This document shows, piece after piece, positions 52,766 to 64,000 of a stretch of DNA of 64,000 nucleotides; within the stretch, counting starts at the first letter, position 1; every line of letters starts with the position of its first letter. The stretch lies in NCBI GenBank assembly GCA_951406725.2, contig OX597815.1, positions 117,676,001 through 117,740,000 on the forward strand, in the 5' to 3' direction. The notes beneath the pieces are model-generated. The model was not told where the DNA came from. It did not search any database and worked only from the letters and a program-made list of their open reading frames with translations. Origin of the DNA: Octopus vulgaris (lineage: Eukaryota). Position numbers and translations under genes: made by a program.

Positions 52766-53380
52766 GCGAGCTGGTAGAATCGTTAGCACGCCGGGCGAAA
52801 TGCTTAGCGGTATTTCGTTTGCCGTTACGTTCTGAGTTCAAATTCCGCCGAGGTCGACTTTGCTTTTCATCCTTTCGGGGTCGATAAATTAAGTACCAGT
52901 TACGCACTGGCATCGATATAATCGACTTAATCCGTCTGTCTGTCCTTGTTTGTTTCCTCTGTATTTAGCCTCTTGTGGATAATAAAGAAATAGGTAATTC
53001 GTTTACCGCTACGTTCTGAGTTCAAATTCCGCTGAGGTCGACTTTACCTTTCATCCTTTCGGGGTCGATAAATTAAGTGCCAGTTACGTACTTGGGTCGA
53101 TATAATCGACTTAATCCCTTTGTATGTCCTTGTTTGTCTTCTCTGTGTTTAGCCCCTTGTGGGCAGTAAAGAAATAAGAATCGTTAGCACGCCACGCAAA
53201 TGCTTAGCGGCCGGCATTTCTTCCGTCTTTACGTCCTGAGTTCAAATGCTGCCGGAGTCAACTTTGCCTTTTATCCTTTTGGGGCCTATAAAAGAAGTAC
53301 CAATTGAGCAATGGCGGGTCGATGTAATCGGTTTACCTCCTCCCCCGAAATTTCTGGTCCTGTGCCAAAATTTGAAATCA
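52766..53380 (+). mobile_element. S2 SINE oligomer (three units)
   Basis: Same internal tandem structure as 14669-15250, opposite strand. Confidence 0.85.
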
Positions 53381-53545
53381 ATATTAAATCTCCACAAGTA
53401 CATTTATGTATATATAGGTACAAGCCAGGACTTCACCGAACGCTATGGGTGCGTAGTCGTCTTTATTGCACGTATAGATTTACCCTCAAATTTTGATAAT
53501 TTCTTTTAAATTATACTTTCGTTTATTGCTTATAATTTACCTACT

Positions 53546-53800
53546 AGGGCCTCCGTCGGTCATGGCTGACCATGGATGATGTCATCCGTCCATTGAGTTG
53601 TCTATTCAGTTTTTGCAACGCCTCCTGTGGCTGTAGAGACCGATGCGAGAGTGGCAGTCTCGCTTGCAGAGGTCACACCTATATGTTGAATCCGGTCTGT
53701 TGGCTGTCATTTCTTTTCTGCGGGCTCGGTTTTCAGCTGCCTCCACCCTCAAGTTCTCTTCGTCTGCAGTTGTTTGTGAAGAGTGCCTCTCCTGCAAAGG
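53546..53800 (-). mobile_element. RTE (BovB-like) LINE 3' end
   Basis: RARRK...YRCDLCKRDCHSRIGLYSHRRRC C2H2 motif; short 3' UTR with ggtcagccatgacc hairpin. Confidence 0.9.
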
Positions 53801-55992
53801 CAGTATATATTCTGCTTTGTTTTTTTTTTACTTATTCACATCTTGAAGTCTACTATAATTGTTGATGTTGTCAAGGCGGTAAGCTGGTAGAATCGTTAAC
53901 GCGTCCGACAAAATGCTTCGACTCTATTTTCTGAGTTCAAATTCTATCGATGCCAATTAAGCCTTTCATCTTTTCGGAGTCACCATGTCGGGGCCAAGTA
54001 CTGGGCGGGGTTCGATGTAATCGACGAATCTTCTCCCCACAAACTTCAAGCCTTGTACCAATATTTGAAAAGGTTGATGTCGTTGCTAATGTTTATTGTC
54101 TTTGCTGTCGTGATTGTGGCTACAATTAGTTTATCATAATATTACATTTTTTAAAATCACTATTTAAATAGGAGATAAAGTATAGAAGAGTGCTCAGATG
54201 CATTAATCACTTCCCTTATTGCAACTTTTGCCTCGAGTAGCTACATAAAACATTCCACCGTTCCCACCATGGTATGTACCATCCATTTTGGGAAAGAACT
54301 TTTAACTGATAGCGCAGTAATCGTACTCTTAATGAGTCCGCTTCTCCTAAATCCGCTTTACGCATTGTCGGAGCCTATATGCGTACAGATATGCCAACGA
54401 GTAGAGCTTTACGTGGTCTTACGATCTGCGAGAAGCAGCACCCAAATTCAAATCATATTTGCGAGAAGCAGCACCCAAATTCAAATCATATTTGCCACCT
54501 CAAGAAAGGATGGGTACATTTGCCAATACAGTCTCAGATACAAAAAAAAAAAAAGATAAAAAACCGGATGGTCATTGATGAAATGTTATTTCTTCACTTG
54601 GTGGATTTGTATGGAGGGCAGCCCCACTTTCCGAGACCAGTGTAAACTTACGAGAGAAACGTTAAAACGCCTGATGTCAAATAAGTCAACGACGAATCAT
54701 TGATGCCAAATAAACTATGCCAAAACGTCTATTCGACTCATGCAAGAAAAAGATGAAGAGAGATAGAGATAGAGAGAGAGAGTGATGGAGGGAAGGGGAC
54801 AGAGGGGAAAGAGGAAGGGAGGGAGATAGAGAGACCCTGAGGACTGCCGTTTAAGAGAGGAAGGAGTGACTTGATTATAGGTGTACTCAATCATGGCTGA
54901 TCTGTAATAAAAGAACAACAGACGTGCAGAATTCAAGTGGACTGCGGAGAGAATACAAAATGTTCAGGATGCCAAACTGCGCTGCATACAATTCATCCCT
55001 ACATGGTAGTTAGTAAGTAGGAATATAGTCAGCTTAGATAACTCCCTTGCTCTCAGCCTCATCATAGCTGACGCAGAGTCACACAACAATGACATTATAC
55101 AAAACGAATGACGGTCATAATTGAAGTACCCTTGATTATAGTTCTTCGGATTTCATCCGGAGTTAAACAACAACAAAATACTTTAAGTGAGAAAACTTAG
55201 GCAAACATAAAAACACAGCCATCACTTTTACCAGGAATCATTAACAGGGAGCTTCTACGTACAGTTACTCTCTGTGCTGTGTCGAGTTTTGTTTTCGTCA
55301 ATAGAGCAGCTTTTGTTGACGAGGGCAGCGTGTCCTGCTGTTAAAAGGTAATACGACCTAGAAGTGGGTGTCTTCATATTTAAAGAATCAAGATATTAGA
55401 TAATGAAGACAAACCCGTTGGGACCCGTGTTGTATAGCTACACAGCCTCCAACCTCACTCACATACACACAAAAAAATGGAAGTAAAATATAAGACAAAA
55501 TAGAAAGCAATGTATAAGTGAGAGAAAATAAGAAAGAATACAAAGAGATTTTGAATGCAACAAAATTGAAGCACGAATGAAACATGGAAGTTATATTATG
55601 GTAAAAACAGGAACATCAATAAATATAGGAATAGACTAAGCTGAAAGAAAGCCTCACCAATAAAGATAATTAACATGCAGGAAGACATGATAATTTAATG
55701 TAAAGGAGGTTTTAATAAAGCAAAATTGCAGTGTATTAGATATGGACGTGAAAAGCTGTATGGTGGTAAAAACAGGAATGTGAATGCATGTAGGAATAAT
55801 CAGAGAGAAGGCACATCAATAAAGGTAATTAACATGTAAGAGACATGAGATAATTTAATATCGGTAATTCCAACGGTTTTTTTTATTCCCCACCCTTTAT
55901 GAATCATTCAATCAGTCAAAATTCCCATCACTCATTCATTTGTATAGACAAATATTTAATCATTGGAAGTTTTTACCTCTTATCTATTACAT

Positions 55993-56154
55993 TTTACTTG
56001 TTTCAGCTGTGGGACTGCGGCCAAGCTGGGGCACTGCTCTGAAGAGTTTAATCGGACAAACCAACTCCAGTCCTTTTTTTTTAAGGCTACTACTTATTCT
56101 GTAGGTCCCTTAGGTGGTGGGGACAAACATAACACATATACAAAGTCATACACA

Positions 56155-56222
<68 letters not shown>

Positions 56223-56423
56223 ATTCAAACAAGAAAGCTAAAAAAAAACACAACAACGCGAGGACGTGGAACAAATATAGTATTATCGAACGTTCAGAAA
56301 AGAAGTAAATAAGGAGGGTTTAACGTTTCGAGCAGAGCTCTTCGTCGGAAACATAGGAGAAGGAAAGATCCAGAGAAGGGAAGACAGAGGAAAAAAAATC
56401 GCCAACGGTACACACGCGGTCAC

Positions 56424-56467
<44 letters not shown>

Positions 56468-56625
56468 GACGGACTTCCACACAGTTTCCGTCTATCAAAT
56501 CCACTCACAAGGCTTTGGTCGGCTGAGGCTATAGTAGAAGACTATAGGTTCCGCGCAATAGGACTGAACCCAAAACCACATGATTGTGAAACAAACTTTT
56601 TAACTACATAGCTACACCTATGCCT
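55993..56625 (-). mobile_element. S1 SINE interrupted at its (TA)n by a family B HHR island (~56218-56428)
   Basis: S1 tail at 55993-56130 and head at 56465-56625 flank the island. Confidence 0.75.
56318..56352 (-). ncRNA. Minimal type I hammerhead motif (family B, U4C)
   Basis: Minus: gttt CCGACGA A GAGC tct GCTC GAAACGTT aaac. Confidence 0.7.
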
Positions 56626-57963
56626 CTTCAGATATTTTGCCTGGTTTCTGTTCATTAATACTTCAACCGCAGCCACACATAATTTCGCAGTTATCTTCAG
56701 AAAAAAACGCCTCCCCTGCGCTACTCAGTGAGCTTCTCTATGTGGTTGCTCTGCCTGCGAGAAATAACAGCCAGATTCCTCTCAAATTACGCCTCACTGT
56801 GTTAGAAAAAGAAGAACAAATAGTCATAGACATACAATGTCCGAGAAAATAAACGGGATAGACACAACTGGAATGTCACTGGAATGTCACTGATAAAGAA
56901 TGATCAAGAAAAGAAAAGAACGATAGTCATAGAATTCCAATGGAACGTCACACTGTTTAAGAAAAAAGATGGGATAGTCACGGCTGGAATACCATTAGAA
57001 TGCCATTTCTATTCAAATAGACCATTTACTTACGAATAAGCCATTCATTATAGGATCTTGTCAATCAAGGTTGACCTGGACCTAAGCAACAACAATTAGC
57101 TTCGGGAAAAGACTAGGTTGTTCAACTATATCTAACATATGGTTGTCAAATAAATTCGTTTTTATCTTTTTTTTTTCTACTTGGCACTCCATCATCATAT
57201 GTCTGAAAAGAGCTAAAATTCATTCACATTTCAAAAACGATAAACAAAAGCTGTAGAGGAAGAACAGAGCTACACCCCGCCCCCACAATCCCCAAACTAA
57301 AACACTACGATAAAAACACTTTTCGTCTTAATTCAGATAACATCGGAGAGAATTAAACTAAACAGAAAACAACGAACGAATTTATCTGACAATTCAATTC
57401 ATAACTATTTGGTTTTGAAGCGAATTTACATTAGGAAAGCTCTTGGCCAAGTGGTTAGAGATGTCTAACTCGCGATCATAAGATTGTTTGTTCGATTCCA
57501 ATGCCGAACGTGTGTTCTTGAATAAGGCACTTTATTTCACGTTACTTCAATTAACTCAGTTGTAATGAGTATCAGTTTCAAGCAACAAGTAGCTTGTTTA
57601 ATTATGTCTTTCAATATATAATTAAAACTAATTTATGTAATCAAGGCACGTAGTCTTGTGGTTGCTCGAGTCTCTTCATCTGTAATGAATAACATTCAGG
57701 TGTTGATGCAATCCTCAGCCCGCTGGGTCAAGGAATGAGGAAGCCGAGAAGGTGTCAATTGTTTTATCGACTCCGAGAGGAGGAAAAGCAAAGTCGACTT
57801 CGATGGAAATTTAACTCAGATCGTAAAGACGGACGAAATGCCGCTAAGCATTTTACCTGGTATGCTAACAATGCTGCCAGCTCACTGTCTTGTACTAGTT
57901 TAAATAAAAAGTAATTTACAACAGTTCGAAAGGTGGTGAAATGGCAAAATTGTTAACTCGTTA

Positions 57964-58086
57964 GAGTGTTTCCCAACCTTTTTACCCTTGCGTAACCCTT
58001 AAAATGAATTAAATGTCTCAAGGAACCCCTGCACAAAAAAGTTATATCCCATATCTTTGTCATATTTTTTTCATCGTAGTTAACGT

Positions 58087-58147
<61 letters not shown>

Positions 58148-58358
58148 CTAAATGTATCCCCAATGGTTGTTATATTTTTTAATAATATAATAAGTTAGAC
58201 AGGCTGTTGTCTAAGTTACAATATTACAAATAACCAATAGTACGTTGTGCATGTATAATAATATTACGATCATGAAATTAGCATTAGCTTATCTCACTCT
58301 TTCTTGCGGAACCCCTAGGAACCTTTTGCAGAACCCTAGGGTTCCGGGGAACCCCAGA
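57964..58358 (+). mobile_element. hAT-like MITE remnant nested in an S2 SINE
   Basis: Starts agtgtttcccaacctttt, subterminal ggaacccc/gggttcc repeats; S2 head (57931-57963) resumes at ~58358; right TIR not seen. Confidence 0.5.
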
Positions 58359-58565
58359 CAAACTGCTTAGAGGTATTTCTTCGGGTTCTTTAAGTTCTGA
58401 GTTCAAATCCCACCGAGGTTAACTTTGCCTTTCTTGCTTCTGGAGTCGAAATAAAGTACCAGTCATGTTCTGGGGGTCGATGTAATTGACAAGCCCCTTT
58501 CTAGTGCCTACATTAGGAACAATTAGTGACAGTTCGAGTAGTAAGTTGAATTTTTCCTTCATAAG

Positions 58566-58925
58566 TGCAGGCGTGGCTGTGTGGTTAAGAAGCTCGCTTT
58601 GAAACTACGAGGTATTGGGTTCAGTTCCACTGCGATAGCCGCGAACCAACTAATGCCTTGTGAGAGAATTTGATAGAGAGAAATGTGTAAAAGCCCGTCG
58701 TATGTGTGTGTGTGTTTGTGTTTGCCTCCTCACAGCTTGACAACCGGTGCTGGTTTGCTTACGTTCCCGTAACAGTGCAGTTCAGCAAAAATTCCCGACA
58801 GATTAAGTGCCAGACTTTTAAAATCAAAACGTACTGTGGCCTAACAGCTCGACCAAATCCTTTCGGGATGTTACCCTAGCATGGTCGCAGTCCAATAGCT
58901 GAAATTAATAAGAAGTAAAAGAGTA
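58566..58925 (+). mobile_element. S1 SINE, diverged
   Basis: gtggctgtgtggttaaga...gcttgacaaccggtgctgg...cagcatggtcgcagtc-like tail. Confidence 0.8.
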
Positions 58926-59168
58926 AAGGCAAATAGTACTTCTTCGATGCATAATCGAATGTTTAATATGAAAAGCTATTATTACTTTCAAGCATGTGAT
59001 GTTTTTTTTTGTTTTTTATTATATAAAACGAGAACAATTTCTCGTGAACTAGATTATATATAACCATCCCTTTAATGATTATGGCATTTCACTTTGGCTT
59101 AAGCCATTTAATTGCTACCATTCAGGAATAAAAAAAAAAAAAAAAAAAAAAATTATAATAAAAATAAA

Positions 59169-59266
<98 letters not shown>

Positions 59267-59466
59267 TAATAATAATAATAATAAAAAATTCCCCAATTAC
59301 CTAGAATTAGTTAATAGTCGTTTGTTCATTATGTTTTTGGAGGGGTATTTTTTTTTTTGGGGGGGGGGGGGGGCGGGTAGTCTTCGCTGTTAGTAATGTT
59401 TTAACTGCCTTTCTTCCAACAGAAAATAATGGCATAAGTCATTTCAACAGAGAGAAAGAGAAAGAA

Positions 59467-59503
<37 letters not shown>

Positions 59504-60488
59504 GGGTGGAGGGAGAGGGAGAAAGAGAGATGGGGCGGGAAAGAGAAAAATATGGAGGGGAGGGGACGAATAGCCTGGTTAAGGGTGGCTGAACTGAGTA
59601 AACAATAAAAATAACTTCGCCGACTACCAAATATAATTTGCCTCAACAGCACCACCCATCATTATTAGTGTTGCTATTGTTGGCATTGTTATTGTAATTG
59701 TTGTTGTTGTTGCTCTTCTACTTCTTCTTCTTCTTCTTCTTCTTCTTGCAGACATATAGACGTGTCTGTTACATCATAATACTATTTGCTTGTTTGCTTG
59801 CTTGCTTGCGCTCGCTCGCGCGTGTGTGGAGGGAATTTTTCTGTGATGTCTTCTTAATCGAACATTAAATAAGTTCTGTGATCCAACGCATATAGAAGTT
59901 CACAATTCGCAATTCACAATTCACAATCCACTGTGAATACTGTTAAAAGTCGTTATTTAGCATTTCCCATATCTCTATTCAATAAGAAACCAAATAATTC
60001 TCGCTTGATAACGCCTGCTTATCTTCAATAATAACTATTTGCTGCATGCCAAACACAATTCGGTGTGTTTCTCTCTCTTACATTCTACCTCTCCACTCTT
60101 CATTTGTAATTGCCTTATTCATTGTATAGGGTTCTCGCCGATCAGATTACTTTACCTTATTTGGGTTCTGATTATTCATTGCAACTATAATCCTTTAACA
60201 ATTGTACCTGCTCTAATGTAACTAAAGTTGCTTTTACATATTTGCAATTGATATAATTTAGGCAGCACAAACTAAATCTTGTTTAGAAAAGATTTTTTTT
60301 TTTAATATAAAGAAATGTGTTAGTTTTCGGCAATCGAAGGAAACAATACAACTTCAAAGGTGCATATTTATTATAATTATTTACGTATTATTCGTAAACA
60401 TCAGTGATCTTTTTAAACCGGGTTGTCGCGACACCTTTGTGTACCACAGACATACATAGACGTATATACATGCATATATGCATATATG

Positions 60489-60570
<82 letters not shown>

Positions 60571-60573
60571 TTA

Positions 60574-60609
60574 TGTCCGACGAACGGGAACGTGAAACTC
60601 TGAGTAACA
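60574..60609 (+). ncRNA. Minimal type I hammerhead motif (U4C)
   Basis: tgt CCGACGA ACG ggaa CGT GAAA CTC t GA GTA aca, immediately after a (CA)n tract. Confidence 0.65.
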
Positions 60610-60749
60610 GATGTTGTGATGTCTTTGCTTTACACAATACAGTCGAATTTTAGAGTAGAATTAAATATCGCATTTTCACAAGCAATTTCTTATTGTTAAT
60701 CGTATTTCGTTGAATCTTTCAAACGCTCCATTCTTGGTTCTGGTTTTAT

Positions 60750-61147
60750 TCTTTTACTTGCTTCAGTCATGACTGCAGCCATGCTGGGGCACCGTCTTAA
60801 AGGGATTTTAGTCGAAGAAATCGACACCAGGACTTATTCTTTGTAAGCCTAGTACTAATTCTATTGGTTCTTTTTGCCGAAGCGCTAAGTCATTGGAACG
60901 TAAACACATCAACATCGGTTGTCAAGCGATGGTGGAAGGACACACACACACACACACGCACACACACATGCACACACACTTATATATATATATATACATA
61001 CACACTGCGAGCGTCTCTCAGTTTCCTTCTACCAAAATCCATTCACAAGGCTTTAGTCGACCCGAGACTATAGTAGAAGAGTGGGACTGAACCCAGAACC
61101 ATGTGGTTTGGAAGCAAGCTTCTTATCAAACAGCCACGTTTGCGCCT
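60750..61147 (-). mobile_element. S1 SINE
   Basis: Reverse-complement copy with a small internal deletion. Confidence 0.85.
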
Positions 61148-61544
61148 TTGTCACATTTTATCAGAACTTCATATTCAAGTTGGTTTGATGTCCTCATTCA
61201 TAATCACAAGAATCATCCTTTAATTTCACCTTCGTTAAAATTTTCGAGAGAATTATTTTAGTTTGTTAATAATTGGACACTGTTGTTGTGCTGCTCCAGT
61301 TTGGACGAGATTAAGTAGATCTAAACTATCCTAGATCTTAGACAGATCTAGGATGATTTTATCTAACATGTCCTTCCTTTTTAAGACTGTCAGGTTTGAA
61401 TTGTGAGAGATTTGGCTACTACTTCTAGCAAATAGAGTGATCACGTAGAGGTTATCTCGCTGACTCTAACAGTTGGGAGATAAGGTAATTGATAAATATG
61501 GTAAGTACTATAATAATACTGCTTGTAACAACGTTCCACAACGC

Positions 61545-61750
61545 CTGGATCACGGCGTCCCCAAAGTCCATCCCCTCCTCACCGTGATGGGGACGCTGGC
61601 ATCGGGTAGTGTCAGAGCTATGCTATCGGGAACTTCGGTTCCTGGTAGGGCCACCCAAGGCGGATTGGTCTGACACCGAGTGGTATTAGGGCCACAACCC
61701 GGCAGACGGGGCTCTGGTGAAAATCCTCGGAGTGTCTGCTTCGGCAACAT
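61545..61750 (+). mobile_element. GC-rich structured segment resembling an RTE 5' UTR
   Basis: gagctatgctatcgggaacttcggttcctggtagggccacccaaggc resembles, from memory, the conserved 5' UTR of Expander/Rex3-type RTEs; several hairpins. Confidence 0.5.
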
Positions 61751-61817
61751 TTATCGAGTACTATTTTTACCACCTTGTTTCACATCTATGTGCTTACTCT
61801 GGTATATATATATATAC

Positions 61818-61951
<134 letters not shown>

Positions 61952-61983
61952 ATATATATATAATTGCCATCCCGAAATACAAT

Positions 61984-62192
61984 ATCTGTTGAAACACACG
62001 GTCTAACATCAAGAATCTTGCAACACAAATTCATAAACGTATATGTGGCCGCGTATGTATCGTTGGCGATTTTTTCCCTTCGTCTCCCCTTCCTTGGGTC
62101 TTTCCTTTTCCTAATATATGTATATATATATACATACACACACACATACATACATACATACATACATACATACATACATACATACATACATA

Positions 62193-62247
<55 letters not shown>

Positions 62248-63115
62248 GAAAACTATTCACTTCAGAATGAAGACTTGACGTGACTTTAGCCCCATGTTAT
62301 ATATGTTTTTGTCTTTATTTATACTTAAAGCTCAGGCTTTTGCTTTCTTTTCATATAGCATTTATTGTGGCTGTGATTACATTGAACACTTCCATGTATT
62401 TCTCTGTGATGTAACAAATGATAGATGTGTCTTATAGCTCAACAATGAGACATTCAAGTTGGTTATGCTTTTCTCATTTCTATAGCCTATTGTACCACTT
62501 CTCTACAATTATTACATGCCGTAAGAAAGACAGTTGTTAAGTAAAATTTTCTTCTTTCAGCAATAATTTGTATCTTTGCATTTATAGCTTGCAATTTACG
62601 TGATAGTTCCTTGAAATTAATGTTTATTTTCTCTGTAGAACTGAATTTAATTGTAATACCTAGACTTGATTTTTTTTTGTGTGGTTGCTTGGCACCAGAT
62701 GATCCTAAACCACACAAAAATATTCCAGCCGTGAGCATCATTCATTTTATACGGCATAGTGTACCTTTGACAACGTTATACAATGTGTTCTTCTGATTTC
62801 AGAGAACCGGTTGTGATTTAGACGAGATATGGTTGCTATGTATGGTTGCAAGTCCATCGATCACGTAGAAGCTCTCGCGTTAAACTAAGATTCTCTGCGT
62901 TAAAAAATCTCCCCGCATTGCAGGAGGATCCTTTGTTAGAGACTACAAATTCATCAAGAATCTTGCAACACAAATTCATAAACGTATATGTGGCCGCGTA
63001 TGTATCGTTGGCGATTTTTCCCTTCGTCTCCCCTTCCTTGGGTCTTTCCTTTTCCTAATATATGTATATATATATACATACACACACACATACATACATA
63101 CATACATACATACAT

Positions 63116-63169
<54 letters not shown>

Positions 63170-64000
63170 GAAAACTATTCACTTCAGAATGAAGACTTGA
63201 CGTGACTTTAGCCCCATGTTATATATGTTTTTGTCTTTATTTATACTTAAAGCTCAGGCTTTTGCTTTCTATTCATATAGCATTTATTGTGGCTGTGATT
63301 ACATTGAACACTTCCATGTATTTCTCTGTGATGTAACAAATGATAGATGTGTCTTATAGCTCAACAATGAGACATTCAAGTTGGTTATGCTTTTCTCATT
63401 TCTATAGCCTATTGTACCACTTCTCTACAATTATTACATGCCGTAAGAAAGACAGTTGTTAAGTAAAATTTTCTTCTTTCAGCAATAATTTGTATCTTTG
63501 CATTTATAGCTTGCAATTTACGTGATAGTTCCTTGAAATTAATGTTTATTTTCTCTGTAGAACTGAATTTAATTGTAATACCTAGACTTGATTTTTTTTT
63601 GTGTGGTTGCTTGGCACCAGATGATCCTAAACCACACAAAAATATTCCAGCCGTGAGCATCATTCATTTTATACGGCATAGTGTACCTTTGACAACGTTA
63701 TACAATGTGTTCTTCTGATTTCAGAGAACCGGTTGTGATTTAGACGAGATATGGTTGCTATGTATGGTTGCAAGTCCATCGATCACGTAGAAGCTCTCGC
63801 GTTAAACTAAGATTCTCTGCGTTACAAAATCTCCCCGCATTGCAGGAGGATCTGTTGAAACACACGGTCTAACATCAAGAATCTTGCAACACAAATTCAT
63901 AAACGTATATGTGGCCGCGTATGTATCGTTGGCGATTTTTTCCCTTCGTCTCCCCTTCCTTGGGTCTTTCCTTTTCCTAATATATGTATATATATATACA
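61984..64000. repeat. Near-identical tandem repeat, ~0.92-0.95 kb unit, 2 copies plus the start of a third
   Basis: catcaagaatcttgcaac at 62007, 62952 and 63873; identical ORF translations 922 bp apart. Confidence 0.95.

Noticed and set aside
54428-54493. Short direct duplications (33 bp here; also ~16838-16906 and ~25018-25067) as CRISPR-like repeats
   Set aside because: Two adjacent copies with no spacers in eukaryotic DNA; simple local duplications.

Overview
AT-rich, microsatellite-saturated animal genomic DNA. The SINE families look like those of octopus (coleoid cephalopod); this is my inference and was not checked by a search. No host protein-coding gene can be called with confidence, and nearly all ORFs in the track are translations of simple repeats or SINEs. 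The window is a mosaic of tRNA-derived SINEs (four families), R4/Dong-type RLE retrotransposon pieces and a 550-bp non-coding element sitting in (TAA)n, RTE and CR1-type LINE fragments, Tc1/mariner, hAT-like, Helitron-like and TIR elements, and a decayed Penelope-like (Naiad-type) RT/GIY-YIG element. The main hidden signal is a set of about 14 type I hammerhead ribozyme (HHR) motifs, intact to decayed, in several unrelated sequence families. Most lie in short non-coding islands inserted into (TA)n tracts. Several islands are 340-500 bp monomers with a terminal direct repeat and/or a 5' fold-back arm, as expected for Penelope-mobilised retrozyme or pLTR-only elements. Coordinates and pairings were read by eye, so element edges are approximate.
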